In this document: positions 16,491 through 26,577 of the stretch, in pieces
Numbering within the stretch: the stretch's first letter is position 1
How the letters are laid out: each line of letters opens with the position of its first letter
Source of the DNA: a virus
Length of the DNA stretch: 64,000 nucleotides
Reading direction: 5' to 3' (one strand)
IMG/VR virus record: IMGVR_UViG_3300033388_006651
Location: 82,770-146,769 of that record
Position numbers and translations under genes: made by a program
The notes under the pieces: generated by a model
Told to the model about the DNA's origin: nothing
Database searches by the model: none
What the model saw: only the letters and a program-made list of their open reading frames with translations

Positions 16491-16999
16491 CTTGGAGATG
16501 GCCACTCTGGGGCGCTCCGCCCCGGCTCCCTGATGAGCCGGGACAGTTCGGCGCCGTGCGCAAGCACGACATCCACACGGGAGTCGACCTCTACACCTAT
16601 CCCGGCTCCTGTGTCCTCGCGGTCGAGGATGGTGTGGTGGTCGCCATCGAGGATTTCACCGGTGCCGTGGCGGGATCACCTTGGTGGGCCGATACCCAGG
16701 CAATCCTCGTTGAGGGGAAATCGGGCGTAGTGTGCTACGGGGAGCTGATAGCGCCCAGAAGGCTCGCTGTGGGGGACCGGATTCAGGCGGATGGATTCCT
16801 CGGGTGCGTAAAAACAGTGCTGCGGCAGGACAAGGGCCGACCCATGACCATGCTCCACTTTGAACTGTACACGCACGGGACGCGTGAGACCGTCTGGTGG
16901 CGCCTGGGAGAGCCCCGCCCTGCCAATCTCTTGGACCCCACCGAGCAGCTTACCGAAGCTCTGGAGACCACACAGGCGCTCACGGAGGTGCGTCCATGA
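16487..16999 (+). CDS. M23 family peptidase
   Basis: HTGVDL, V.AVEDG.VV, YGE and MLHFE motifs. Confidence 0.88.
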   Translation: MTWRWPLWGAPPRLPDEPGQFGAVRKHDIHTGVDLYTYPGSCVLAVEDGVVVAIEDFTGAVAGSPWWADTQAILVEGKSGVVCYGELIAPRRLAVGDRIQADGFLGCVKTVLRQDKGRPMTMLHFELYTHGTRETVWWRLGEPRPANLLDPTEQLTEALETTQALTEVRP

Positions 17000-17370
17000 A
17001 GTGTCAGCGATCCGGCCAGTGCTGCATCACGATGGCCGTCGTCGTCCCGGTATGGACGCAAGATGGTGTCCGTGCACGCTACAAGCCCGGAGATATGCCG
17101 TGCCCTCACCTGTCCTACGAAGGTCCGATAGCTTCATGCGCCGTGCGTGACAAACCCGAGTACATCGGCTCCCCGTGCTGGACCTACGGGAACTCTGATG
17201 TGGATCCCGACTTCGTATCCAAACGTGGCCGACCGTGCCCCGTGGGCAAACTGATCCAAAACCGAGGGGGTGTCCCCCTCGTGTTTCCTGACCGGCTCAA
17301 GCGTCGCGTTGTCGATGTCATGCTGGAGGACCTGGGGCCGTGGCCTGAAGAAAATGAGCGTCCCTCATGA
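16996..17370 (+). CDS. YkgJ-like Cys-cluster protein
   Basis: CQRSGQCC...CPHL...C.V...P...C. Confidence 0.65.
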   Translation: MKCQRSGQCCITMAVVVPVWTQDGVRARYKPGDMPCPHLSYEGPIASCAVRDKPEYIGSPCWTYGNSDVDPDFVSKRGRPCPVGKLIQNRGGVPLVFPDRLKRRVVDVMLEDLGPWPEENERPS

Positions 17371-17440
17371 TCTCGCCGCCCATTTGCCAGTTCTGCTACA
17401 GCGCGGGACTCCTCGATTGGCGCCGGGACCAGGAAATGCC

Positions 17441-17929
17441 ATGTCCCAAAGGTCGCCTCAAGGGGGCCGCGTGTTGACCACCCTCTACTGCGATGCTTCG
17501 TTCTGTCCTGACAAGAAAGTGGGAGGCTGGGCCATCTGGCTCCGGAGCGAGCACGGACGCATCGTCGAGGACGGCCCGACGCCAGAGTATTGCCAGAATT
17601 CCTACGAGGCTGAGCTGGCTGCGATTTACGCGGGCATCTACCGGACCTCAAGACGCTGGCCGATGACGGCCGCGATCCTGGTGCGCTCAGACTGCCAGAC
17701 CGCACTCGATCTCATGGAGAACCGTTACGAAGCTCGGTCGGGCGGTGGGCGCCGTTTGGCGACCAAGATCCAGGAGCTCAAAGCTCGTCACGACCTCCGA
17801 CTCATCCCTCGATGGGTCAAGGGGCATCAGCGCGGGTCCAAGACGGATGCGTGGCTCAACAACAAGGTGGACGAGCTGGCCCGCAAAGTCATGGAAGCCG
17901 AGCGCCTGAAAGCAGGAACAACACAATGA
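17441..17929 (+). CDS. Ribonuclease H-like protein
   Basis: YCDASF, GGWA, AELAA, SDCQ and WVKGH...N..VD.LA motifs. Confidence 0.88.
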   Translation: MSQRSPQGGRVLTTLYCDASFCPDKKVGGWAIWLRSEHGRIVEDGPTPEYCQNSYEAELAAIYAGIYRTSRRWPMTAAILVRSDCQTALDLMENRYEARSGGGRRLATKIQELKARHDLRLIPRWVKGHQRGSKTDAWLNNKVDELARKVMEAERLKAGTTQ

Positions 17930-18369
17930 TGGACCTCTGTTACTTCTGTTCTAACACCGGGTTCGTCGACTGGGCCGAGGCCCAAAAGGAGCCGTGCCGT
18001 AACGGGTGCGAGCCTCCGGTACCGATGACCTCCAAACAGCGAACGGCTTACCTGCGCCGTCTCGAGCTGAGCGGAGTACGGGCCCGCAGGAAAGGGTCCC
18101 AGGACCACACACGGCAGTTCACGAAGATGCTGTTTTGCGGTGCAGGAGACCAGACGCGATACGACGTTGCGTGTCTTCACGAGCGTATCGAGAACGCTCT
18201 CAACCATCTCAGTGGGCGGCAGCAGGGTCCGCACTGGCAGCAGCAACCGAGCCAGGAAATGCTCGACCGCGAGAAACAGCTCAACGACGAAGCCGAACTT
18301 GTGTGCGAGCAAGTGGCCAGGGACGTTGCCATGGCCCTCACGGGCAAGAGCATTACCTTCGTGGAATAA
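17926..18369 (+). CDS. Hypothetical protein with N-terminal CxxC..CxxxC
   Basis: ATGA coupling to RNase H; AGGA RBS. Confidence 0.7.
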   Translation: MMDLCYFCSNTGFVDWAEAQKEPCRNGCEPPVPMTSKQRTAYLRRLELSGVRARRKGSQDHTRQFTKMLFCGAGDQTRYDVACLHERIENALNHLSGRQQGPHWQQQPSQEMLDREKQLNDEAELVCEQVARDVAMALTGKSITFVE

Positions 18370-18408
18370 CCTCACGCTGACCTAGGTAACGAGAGGGAAG
18401 GAGAAAAT

Positions 18409-18750
18409 ATGGCATACGGAGATGAAGGAGCCGTTTGGCTCAAGATCATGGTGTTCGGAGCGCTCGCTATGGGTGCGTTAGTTCTTGGAGCGGGCAACTG
18501 CGAGGCCGACGGGACCGCCAACACGCACGTCAAGGAGATGCTTCACAAGAAGGGCTACACCGACGTGAAGATCACCCACTCGGAGAACCACTGGGGTGCG
18601 CCGATCGGATGGGCGTGCGGTGAGAACGACTACCACTTGGTCGAGTTCAAGGCGACGAACGTGGCCGGCAACGAAGAGGAAGGCTTCGTGTGTTGTGGCC
18701 GGATGGAACCCATCATCGGGTACTCCAAGGGCTGCACGATCAGGAACTGA
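18409..18750 (+). CDS. Secreted/membrane Cys-containing phage protein
   Basis: AAGGAG RBS; N-terminal TM helix; G.VCCG....KGCTIR. Confidence 0.75.
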   Translation: MAYGDEGAVWLKIMVFGALAMGALVLGAGNCEADGTANTHVKEMLHKKGYTDVKITHSENHWGAPIGWACGENDYHLVEFKATNVAGNEEEGFVCCGRMEPIIGYSKGCTIRN

Positions 18751-19073
18751 TGCGGTTCGTCAAGAACGGTACGCACCTCATCGCAGTGGATCGCATCGAG
18801 TGGGCGAACTACGACCGCATCGAGGAGCTCATTCTGATCGTTGGGTTCCAGGATCAGACGATCCAGATCACGGGCATCGATGCGCTCGAATCGGCGATGG
18901 CTTTGCGCCCGTCCATTCTCGAAAGCAAGCGCCTGGACTGGCCGAAGTTCATGTGGGCCGTGCACAACCTGATCGGTCATCCGGTGATGCAGATCCTCGC
19001 GTTGTTCAAGTTTTACGATGCGGCTTTTTGGGTTCACGATGTGACGGTCCCGAAGCCGAGCGGCGCCAAGTAG
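18750..19073 (+). CDS. Hypothetical protein
   Basis: TGATG coupling; WAVHNLIGHP...WVHD.T.P. Confidence 0.7.
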   Translation: MRFVKNGTHLIAVDRIEWANYDRIEELILIVGFQDQTIQITGIDALESAMALRPSILESKRLDWPKFMWAVHNLIGHPVMQILALFKFYDAAFWVHDVTVPKPSGAK

Positions 19074-19136
19074 TTCCACGAAAGGGATCGCAAGGGTAGC
19101 TAGCCTATAGCTCTCCCTCTTATGGAGGACCTCCTC

Positions 19137-19340
19137 ATGGCAGTACGATCCACAACATCTCAGCACCAGCCCATCCCACCCAACTACACGACGAATGCCA
19201 ACGCGTTCCACAACATTGGCCGCTACAAGGCCATCAACAGCGATCCCGCGACCCGTCGTCCCGTCGGCGCCAACATGAGCACCGCTCCGACGACCGCGAA
19301 CAAGACGCAGTACTTTTACGTGCCCGGTTTGAACGGCTAG
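19137..19340 (+). CDS. Small protein, possibly virion-associated
   Basis: GGAGG RBS; class-B motif at 19105; terminator downstream. Confidence 0.7.
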   Translation: MAVRSTTSQHQPIPPNYTTNANAFHNIGRYKAINSDPATRRPVGANMSTAPTTANKTQYFYVPGLNG

Positions 19341-19367
19341 GGGAGTTAAAACCTCCGTTCGTAGGCG

Positions 19368-19405
19368 GTCCCTCGCGCGTATAGTCAGTGCGAGGGACTT
19401 TTTTT
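19368..19405 (+). terminator. Intrinsic terminator
   Basis: GTCCCTCGC...GCGAGGGAC followed by a T run. Confidence 0.7.
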
Positions 19406-20018
19406 GTCCGTAGGACTCTCAAAAACTGTTGAAACCGGGTTTCTAAGGGACTTTCACTTCTCCACTTTGGCGGACGTGGTCCTGACCGAAGTGTTTGGGG
19501 AGCTTCCCCAACCAGGCTGGGTGAAATTCGAGATCGTGAACCACCTGGACATACCCCGGGACGCGTTTCTTTTCACGATCGTTGTCCACATCACCCCACA
19601 TAGCCGCTCTGTTGTGGTCGATGGCCGCGTGATCCAGTCCCGGTTCAACCGGAACAAACATTTCAAGTTCGAGTTCCCGCTCCCACGCAGTGTCGTCGAG
19701 CAGTTCCGCAGCGAAGTGCCCAAGCTCTTCGTCAAATGGATGAAGGAGACGCTGCTCAAGAACGCGTACCGCATCTACGAGTTCGACCCACGCATCGGGT
19801 TCACCTGGGAGGGCGGTGACGGGCTCCCTGCGTGCCCTCTATTCGATCCTCCCGAGGATTTCTCAAGGACGGGCCTTTCCATGGAGGGGAAGGATGGATC
19901 GTTTCTGGAGCCTTCCTGCGCCTTCTGCGGGGAAGACCATACCGACGACGAGGCACCGGTCTGGGGCGGCGCCAACATGATGTGGCTGCACCGGGGATGT
20001 TGGAGGACGCCTTCGTGA
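19404..20018 (+). CDS. Hypothetical protein, C-terminal CxxC...HxxC
   Basis: Long ORF; start uncertain. Confidence 0.6.
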   Translation: MSVGLSKTVETGFLRDFHFSTLADVVLTEVFGELPQPGWVKFEIVNHLDIPRDAFLFTIVVHITPHSRSVVVDGRVIQSRFNRNKHFKFEFPLPRSVVEQFRSEVPKLFVKWMKETLLKNAYRIYEFDPRIGFTWEGGDGLPACPLFDPPEDFSRTGLSMEGKDGSFLEPSCAFCGEDHTDDEAPVWGGANMMWLHRGCWRTPS

Positions 20019-20506
20019 AAAGGGATGTCCTGGAACATGACCGCGTAGAAGCCTGGAAGGTCAACTCTCCCAGGCAATGGTGGGCATTTGTACAACTAGA
20101 CGAAGGGGACACGCTGCACGACCGCGTGCTGGCTGCGGTTCTCGGGGGTCGTGGCGACGACGAAGCCATCGACGAATTGATCCGTTTTGCGGAAGCACTG
20201 GAAGCCCATCGCCGAGCGTCCAAGGCGGGTACGGTGAAGGCTCCTCCGGCGGTGGGGGAGCGGCGTTCGTTTGCCATCACCGTCAGCAGGATGACGCGCA
20301 TGGTTAATCCTGCTGGCCCTTTCTTTCGTGTGGATTTCGTTTGCTCTGACGGGTGGGGCGGTCATTTCGACACAACCAGTCCTGATGTCGTTGAGACGAT
20401 TTCGAGGTTGAGAAATCGTGCAAAACCGCTAACCATCGTCGGCGAAATTTCCCGGCGTCCCTACGAGTTCTACGTCGAGCTCCAAAACAGCGTCAGAATC
20501 GTGTGA
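20015..20506 (+). CDS. Hypothetical protein
   Basis: GTGA overlap; GGAGG RBS. Confidence 0.6.
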   Translation: MKRDVLEHDRVEAWKVNSPRQWWAFVQLDEGDTLHDRVLAAVLGGRGDDEAIDELIRFAEALEAHRRASKAGTVKAPPAVGERRSFAITVSRMTRMVNPAGPFFRVDFVCSDGWGGHFDTTSPDVVETISRLRNRAKPLTIVGEISRRPYEFYVELQNSVRIV

Positions 20507-20513
20507 GGAACAA

Positions 20514-21350
20514 ATGCCCAAGGCCAAGCCCTACTCAGGTCCAGTAGAAAAAAGCGTCGCACGACAACTCCTGAACAGCACAGGACACTCGGTCGAGATC
20601 AACGGGCAGCCTCTGTTGTTGGGGGACGCTCTGTTGGCCGCGGCCGAGCAGCTCGAAGAACTGGTTGCCGAAGCGAACTCGCAGCTCGAAGACAACGAGT
20701 TCGCCAAGATCATCGCAGAGCATTTGGCCATCGAGCTGAACCGACGCGGCGGGGCCGAGATCGCGGTCACCGACAGCGGCACCGTTCAGCTCTACGTCAA
20801 CTACAAGAATCATCCTCGAAGTCGGAAGCCGCAACGCAAACGCAAGTTGCCGTTGATGGAGGAGCTCAAGGTTCGAGCCGAAGAGCTTGGGGTGGGGATT
20901 CCCTCGGAGCTGGGCATCAAGCGCTCCCAGATCGTTGCGTGGCTAGATCAGGTGGAGAAGGGTGAGACCCCGGTTATCAAGAAGGCCAAGCCCAAGAAGA
21001 CCAAGCCGAAGAAGGCGATAGTTCAGACCGCCGACGATCCACCAGAGGCGGACGACGGCCCCATGTCCGCGGGCCCTGACGAGACCAAGGTGTCGCGTCC
21101 GTTGGACGATGTGGTCCCTCCTCCGAAGAAGCGGGGGATCGTGAAAACATCGGAGCCGGCTCCAGGTCCGGTCGTTGTGGGCGCCGAAGCGGTGGCAGAT
21201 TCTCCGGCCCCGAGCCCGAAGGAGATCAAAACCCCGAAATCCGGGGCCGATGGTGCTTCTAAGGCCAAAGGACGGAACATGCGGCAGCTTGTTGAGGACA
21301 GCAAGGACGTGAGCATCGCGGACCTTTTGGCCTCCGATCCGCCTAAATAG
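20514..21350 (+). CDS. Hypothetical protein with Lys/Pro-rich C-terminus
   Basis: GAGGA RBS; 278 aa. Confidence 0.75.
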   Translation: MPKAKPYSGPVEKSVARQLLNSTGHSVEINGQPLLLGDALLAAAEQLEELVAEANSQLEDNEFAKIIAEHLAIELNRRGGAEIAVTDSGTVQLYVNYKNHPRSRKPQRKRKLPLMEELKVRAEELGVGIPSELGIKRSQIVAWLDQVEKGETPVIKKAKPKKTKPKKAIVQTADDPPEADDGPMSAGPDETKVSRPLDDVVPPPKKRGIVKTSEPAPGPVVVGAEAVADSPAPSPKEIKTPKSGADGASKAKGRNMRQLVEDSKDVSIADLLASDPPK

Positions 21351-21382
21351 CGCGAATCCTCCTATGGACTTCTACTCTGTAG

Positions 21383-21829
21383 ATGTCCCTGAATCATTGT
21401 CGGGTCTGCGCACAATGTACGCAGCATCCATGCACCTGCATTTCCAACTTCTGGATTCTCCCGGAGTCGGGAAAGAACACCCTCAAAGGGTGTGAGTGCG
21501 ACCCCGAGAATCCGATTCGGCTCCAGGACTGTTTCGTGATGCACGCGATCCAGCACTCGCAGAAGGCTCGAAACGATTTTTGCGATCTCTACCCCTCCTT
21601 GTTCCCCTGCGAGAAGGAACGTTTCGATCTCCTGTTCGGCGACAATCAGTACATCTCGCAGCTCGTGGTTGATCAGACGACTGATCAAGACACGTTCCAG
21701 CGACGGATGAACAACATCCCCGTCCATACGGCCGGGCGCGATGGTGGTCTGCGGCTTCCCGTGGGGTCTGTGACGGTGAACTTGCCGCCCCATTTGCAGC
21801 CGACCCGACAACCAACAAAATGTGGCTGA
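21383..21829 (+). CDS. Cys-rich hypothetical protein
   Basis: Class-B motif 15 nt upstream of a leaderless-type ATG. Confidence 0.65.
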   Translation: MSLNHCRVCAQCTQHPCTCISNFWILPESGKNTLKGCECDPENPIRLQDCFVMHAIQHSQKARNDFCDLYPSLFPCEKERFDLLFGDNQYISQLVVDQTTDQDTFQRRMNNIPVHTAGRDGGLRLPVGSVTVNLPPHLQPTRQPTKCG

Positions 21830-21831
21830 GC

Positions 21832-22197
21832 ATGGCTGAAAACTCTGGAAGCAACCCAACTCTCGACAAGCTCGTCGAACCTGCTGATCACCATCACGAA
21901 AAAGCGTGGTGGCAGTCCAAGAAGTTCATCGCCTTCCTGCTTTGTGAGCTTGGGTTTTTCCTCCTGATGGGAGCAATGCTTTACCTACAGGAGATGGATA
22001 AGCTCGGGGAAAACATCGCGTTCATGGTCCTCGCCGTCACGGCTGGCTTTGGCATGGTGGGATATTGCCTTGGCCAGAGTTATATCGATCGCTACATTCG
22101 CGTGGCTGCGATCATGGTTGGAAAACCGATGGGCGGCGAAGAGGAGCCGGCAAAAATTCCTGAGCTGGATGAGGAGAAGGATGGGCCGACTGATTGA
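21832..22197 (+). CDS. Two-TM membrane protein, holin-like
   Basis: WWQSKKF followed by two hydrophobic helices and a charged tail. Confidence 0.55.
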   Translation: MAENSGSNPTLDKLVEPADHHHEKAWWQSKKFIAFLLCELGFFLLMGAMLYLQEMDKLGENIAFMVLAVTAGFGMVGYCLGQSYIDRYIRVAAIMVGKPMGGEEEPAKIPELDEEKDGPTD

Positions 22198-22951
22198 CCT
22201 GACCGGCCAGAAGTTCGGTTCCCGATTGGTTCTTGGACCCGCATGCACGGGTCGGTGGGGACGTAGGTGGAGGGTGCGCTGTGTTTGCGGTCGGGAGGAC
22301 GATGTGTACGGGACGAATCTCCGAAACGGTAAGAGTCTACGGTGCCGCTCCTGTCGTGATCAGCCTCGGTGCAAAATTCCACTGGACCTGACCAATCCAG
22401 ATTGGTGCTGGCTTCTTGGTGTATTTCACGGTGACGGGCACGCACGAATTGGAACGAAGGGCGGCGGGGAAGTGTTTTTTGCGTGCAAACCGGAACCGGA
22501 CCAGGACAAACTGGTAGAGGCGATGCGACGCCTTGGGGTGTGCTCTACGGCGTCGAAGGGTGGCGTAGGAGTATATTCGGTCCACTTAGCTCGACAGCTT
22601 TTCAAGTTCAAAGTCTGCGGAGTAGACCAAGAAGCATGGATGCTGCCGGAGGCCCCTTGTCATGTGGGGGAGTGGTTGGCTGGTGGTTTTGATGCAGATG
22701 GGCACGTGAGCCTGGAAGGGACGGAGATCACCTTCTCCCAGAAATCTCATGGAGGAATGACGCTGATTGGGCAGGCGTTGGCCGGTTTTGGCATCAAGTT
22801 CTCGACGTACCATGAGGACGCTCGCGGGACTTCTCGTGCTCGAGATCGATTACGCATTCGCGCGGCCTCCCGTGAACTTTTCCGAAACAACGTCCATCCC
22901 CGTTACCCCAGAAAACAGTCTCGCCTGACGCAGGCACTCTCTTCAAACTGA
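22181..22951 (+). mobile_element. Free-standing LAGLIDADG endonuclease with N-terminal Cys-rich DLTGxKFG domain
   Basis: WLLGVFHGDGH and WLAGGFDADGHV; LIDLTGQKFG...CVCG...CRSC. Confidence 0.82.
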
Positions 22952-22961
22952 AAGGAATCAA

Positions 22962-23423
22962 ATGTCAAGACACGCTCCGCCGATGTATCGCAAAGTCCGC
23001 AGGAAAGTCCCGCCTCGCCCCACTCGTCCGATCACCGGACCCGTTCCGGCTGCTGTCCCTGAGACCGTAGCGGCGCCCGAAGCACCGAAGAAGAGGGTGG
23101 CGAAGAAAACGGCCAAAAAGAAAGCCGTGGCGAAGAAGGCTCCGGCCAAGAAGAAGGCGGCCAAGAAAAAAACCGTGGCGAAGAAGGCTCCTGCCAAAAA
23201 AGCTGCTCCCAAGAAGAAGGCTGCGGCAAAGAAAGCCGCTCCCAAGAAGGCAGCCAAGAAGGCCACCAAGAAAAAGGTGAAGGCCATCAAGTGGGACGAG
23301 ACGATGACCCAGAAGGCCCTCTACAAGAAGGCCAAGACTGCGGGACTCGACGTGAAGGCGCGGGACTGGAAGTCCGAGATCATCGCCGAGATCAAGAAGC
23401 ACAACAAGAAAGCTGCCAAGTAA
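22962..23423 (+). CDS. Histone H1-like Lys/Ala-rich protein
   Basis: AKKAPAKK repeats over about 70 aa; AAGGA RBS. Confidence 0.8.
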   Translation: MSRHAPPMYRKVRRKVPPRPTRPITGPVPAAVPETVAAPEAPKKRVAKKTAKKKAVAKKAPAKKKAAKKKTVAKKAPAKKAAPKKKAAAKKAAPKKAAKKATKKKVKAIKWDETMTQKALYKKAKTAGLDVKARDWKSEIIAEIKKHNKKAAK

Positions 23424-23433
23424 GGAATGCGCC

Positions 23434-23808
23434 ATGCAGAAGTGGGTGAAGTACACGATTCTCGGACTCGTCGCAGCGACAACGCTGGGCGCCTGCAAAA
23501 AGGGGGTCGTTCTACGTGACCCGGAGACCTATAAGAATGAGGTCTACCTGCTGCAGATGGCCATCGAGCAGGACACAGAACTGCTGGCCGAACACATCAA
23601 TGACGGTTCGTGCTCCTGTGACGAGGACGGCGCATGGAACAATGACGTTTGTGAGGCGTCTGCGTTCAACGTCGTCGTGATGCGCAAGCGCCTGGACTGG
23701 CACATCGCGGTGATGCTGTACCTCGGGGGCATCGAAGAAGAGAAGCCTGGCGACGAGCCTCCCGTTTCGGAAGATGAAGTCGCGGAGCTCTGTCCTGACA
23801 ACGGGTAG
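23434..23808 (+). CDS. Lipoprotein
   Basis: Signal peptide with lipobox LGA|C. Confidence 0.75.
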   Translation: MQKWVKYTILGLVAATTLGACKKGVVLRDPETYKNEVYLLQMAIEQDTELLAEHINDGSCSCDEDGAWNNDVCEASAFNVVVMRKRLDWHIAVMLYLGGIEEEKPGDEPPVSEDEVAELCPDNG

Positions 23809-23816
23809 CGTAGTTC

Positions 23817-23984
23817 ATGGCCATCAAAACTGATCAGCAGTATTTCATCGACGAGGATGGTCAGCTTCTCCTCGGGGACCTGAGCTGGATAAATTGTTCT
23901 GACGATGATCCTGACCGGTCACCTGGAACTGAGGGACAGCGCTTCGTCGTGATCGAGAAAAGTCCTCTAACCGAGAAGGGATAA
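23817..23984 (+). CDS. 55-aa hypothetical protein (not in ORF track)
   Basis: MAIKTDQQYFIDEDG...; fills the gap exactly. Confidence 0.45.
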   Translation: MAIKTDQQYFIDEDGQLLLGDLSWINCSDDDPDRSPGTEGQRFVVIEKSPLTEKG

Positions 23985-23986
23985 CG

Positions 23987-24367
23987 ATGAGCTACAAGAA
24001 GAAACTCAAGAGCCTTGCGTCAAAAGTTGGCGAAGAAGGTGTCGATAAGCTGGCTGCCGTCCTCGACGACGAAGCCGCCAAAGCCGATGAGCCCTGGAAG
24101 CGCACCCTCCTGGACCTCCTGGCTGATGGCGCCCGTCGCCATGGCCCAGAGGGCTTCAAGATGGCCCAGGACGCCGCTGAGCGGTTCCTGGACGGTAGCG
24201 ATGTCGATATCCGGAAGGTGACCAAGAACTTACTGATCGCCAGCAACATGGTCGCCCAACTTCAAAAGGCAGAAATGGAGCGCAAAGAGCGGGCGCGAAA
24301 GTGGCTCCGTGCGGTTGGCGAAACTCTGGGTACGATCCTCAAGGCGGCACTCGGGACAGTCCTGTAA
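23987..24367 (+). CDS. Helical hypothetical protein
   Basis: Good codon usage; amphipathic C-terminus. Confidence 0.75.
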   Translation: MSYKKKLKSLASKVGEEGVDKLAAVLDDEAAKADEPWKRTLLDLLADGARRHGPEGFKMAQDAAERFLDGSDVDIRKVTKNLLIASNMVAQLQKAEMERKERARKWLRAVGETLGTILKAALGTVL

Positions 24368-24394
24368 TCCGCCGGGAATCCCGGACCTTGCGCT

Positions 24395-24844
24395 GTGGGA
24401 AATTTCGTCCGCAAACGAATGCGGGTCCTCAAGTACCTGCCAAAGAAACTGTTCGGCTTCGTCGTGGATGACGAGGGCCAACAGGTGTTCTTCCACATCC
24501 GTGCCTTCAAGTGGGGAGATTTCCCCACGAACCCCCCACCGATCATCGGTGAGGAGGTCGATGTCGAGTACGACGAAGGTGGTCCCTCCAACGGGAAGGC
24601 GCCGAAGGCTCGGACCGTCTACAGGCTCTCGGAGCCCAGACCCGCCTTCGGGATCGTTGACGATTTCAACGAAAAACGTGGGTACGGGTTCATCAAATCC
24701 GAGGATGGGCGTTCCCACTATCTCCACCGTTCAGAGATGAAAGATGGCCGCCTTCCCATGCCGGGAATGGTGGTCACGTTTTTTGAGGGGTTCAAGCAAG
24801 GTCGCCCTCGAGCTTGCTACGTGAGTTTGACGGAAGGAAGCTAG
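24395..24844 (+). CDS. Tandem cold-shock domain protein
   Basis: KLFGFV...VFFHI and KRGYGFI...YLH RNP motifs; start uncertain. Confidence 0.85.
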   Translation: MGNFVRKRMRVLKYLPKKLFGFVVDDEGQQVFFHIRAFKWGDFPTNPPPIIGEEVDVEYDEGGPSNGKAPKARTVYRLSEPRPAFGIVDDFNEKRGYGFIKSEDGRSHYLHRSEMKDGRLPMPGMVVTFFEGFKQGRPRACYVSLTEGS

Positions 24845-24846
24845 AG

Positions 24847-25479
24847 ATGAGCGACAAACGCAATCCATTTGGAGGCAAGAACCCGCACGGCATGTACGTG
24901 CCCATGACCGACGAGGAGATCGAAGTCCTCCACCGGATTGCCGAGGCCGGTGAGTTCAAGGTCGTCATCAAAGGGGAGGGTCAGAAAGGTGTATCGATCG
25001 ACTGGGGCTACGTCACCGGGTTCAAGATCGGCGCCTACCCAGGTCCGGGCCGATACCAGGGAGAGCCCATCGTCACGATCGGTGACAAGCGCCTCACCTT
25101 TTTCCTTCGGATGAACTTCAACGCGCCTGTTCTCCCGCAGCCCAACTGGTTCTTCGACATGGAGGTCCACGCGATGGGGCGCCTGTTTTTCTCGCAGCGG
25201 TTTCCGACGGCCAACGGAGGCAACCCGATCCAGATCTGCGCCGGCATGTTCCACGACTTCGCCCTGGACGTGGCCATCGACCAGATCGATCCTGCTCTCG
25301 TCAAAGAGGTGAAGCCCAAAACCCTCGGTCTCACCACGAGGCATGGCAACATGCGGCTCGATTCTTTCACCCAGCGTCTTTTGCATAAAACGCAGCAGGG
25401 GGAGCAGGCGGTTCGTAAAATCACGGCCGACGAGGCCCGTAAAGCCACTGCGGACAAGAAGAAGGCAACGGGTCAGTAA
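24847..25479 (+). CDS. Hypothetical phage protein
   Basis: NPFGGKNPHGMYVPMTDEE; good codon usage. Confidence 0.75.
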   Translation: MSDKRNPFGGKNPHGMYVPMTDEEIEVLHRIAEAGEFKVVIKGEGQKGVSIDWGYVTGFKIGAYPGPGRYQGEPIVTIGDKRLTFFLRMNFNAPVLPQPNWFFDMEVHAMGRLFFSQRFPTANGGNPIQICAGMFHDFALDVAIDQIDPALVKEVKPKTLGLTTRHGNMRLDSFTQRLLHKTQQGEQAVRKITADEARKATADKKKATGQ

Positions 25480-25509
25480 CGGTCCTATAGGGGCCCCTCT
25501 GCTAGAAGG

Positions 25510-25677
25510 ATGCTCCTCCCCAACGGCAAAAAGCCCAAGGTCATCGTGAGCCAAGGGCGCAAGAACTCCCGGATCGTGGTCTCTCCCAGAGATCCACGAA
25601 ACCGGTACAAATTGCACACCACGATGCCAGCCCCAGGAGGAGTGGGGAGTATATGTCTGACCATCGGGGGATGTTGA
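25510..25677 (+). CDS. 55-aa basic small protein (not in ORF track)
   Basis: Class-B motif at 25485 and AAGG upstream. Confidence 0.4.
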   Translation: MLLPNGKKPKVIVSQGRKNSRIVVSPRDPRNRYKLHTTMPAPGGVGSICLTIGGC

Positions 25678-26450
25678 TCCTGAAAAGGCACTTTGTCCGC
25701 AAGGCGATGGGTCTCGAGCTTGAGCTTGAGATCACGTCCGAGGAACTTGGGCAGCTCTGGAGCGCTCACCAGGAGCTGCACATCACCCAGCTCGTGATGG
25801 GTGCGGACCAGAAGGACAAGCCCCAAGAGGCTGACATGGAGGTCGATGGCGAGTCCATGGACACCGACTGGGACGAGCCGGCTGATGATGCTTGGACGAG
25901 CGCCAAGAAGACCGCGGTCCGCAAGGTCGTGGCGTGTCTCATGAACGACGCGGCCAACCTGCCGCAGATCGGTCGCCGGGTTGATCGTATCGTCCGTCAG
26001 GTTGGGACTGCGGACATCTACTTCGACGATGGCTCTTTCGTTTCGGCTACGGTCAGCGATCCACAGCCTCGTACGAGTGAGGAGGCGGCCATCATCGAGT
26101 CCGTGTACGGGCATCCGGCTCCGGCCAAATCCTGCGGATGCAAGCAGGCGTGCACCCACAAACAAGCGGTGCCGGTCATCGACATGGTGGCGGCTGTTTA
26201 CAAAAACCAGCTCCTGGGTGCGATGGACGTGCGCAAGCATGGAGCCCGGGACCCTCGGTTCTGGGGCTACAAAGTGGACGGCCCTTTCGAGCTTCACAAG
26301 CTCACTGACGTGCCGATGGACCTGGCTCGAGCCCTCACGGATTTCCCCACGCGGAAGGGTCGGTTGAGGGATCCCAGGCACGCCTGGAGGACGGTGCTGG
26401 AGCTCGCAGCGGGACGACCTTTCAAACGGGTACAACGCCGCGCTTCGTGA
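25653..26450 (+). CDS. Hypothetical protein
   Basis: GGAGG RBS; 265 aa. Confidence 0.75.
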   Translation: MSDHRGMLILKRHFVRKAMGLELELEITSEELGQLWSAHQELHITQLVMGADQKDKPQEADMEVDGESMDTDWDEPADDAWTSAKKTAVRKVVACLMNDAANLPQIGRRVDRIVRQVGTADIYFDDGSFVSATVSDPQPRTSEEAAIIESVYGHPAPAKSCGCKQACTHKQAVPVIDMVAAVYKNQLLGAMDVRKHGARDPRFWGYKVDGPFELHKLTDVPMDLARALTDFPTRKGRLRDPRHAWRTVLELAAGRPFKRVQRRAS

Positions 26451-26577
26451 AAAGAGCCTCTCGTTTTTCGAGATAGGCGCGCTTTTTTCGCTATGCGCGA
26501 TTTGAGCGCATTTTGGAGGTCCACGGGTCTCGGTTTTCGGTTGATAGGCGCCCCTCTACCAGAGAGGCAATCAACCG

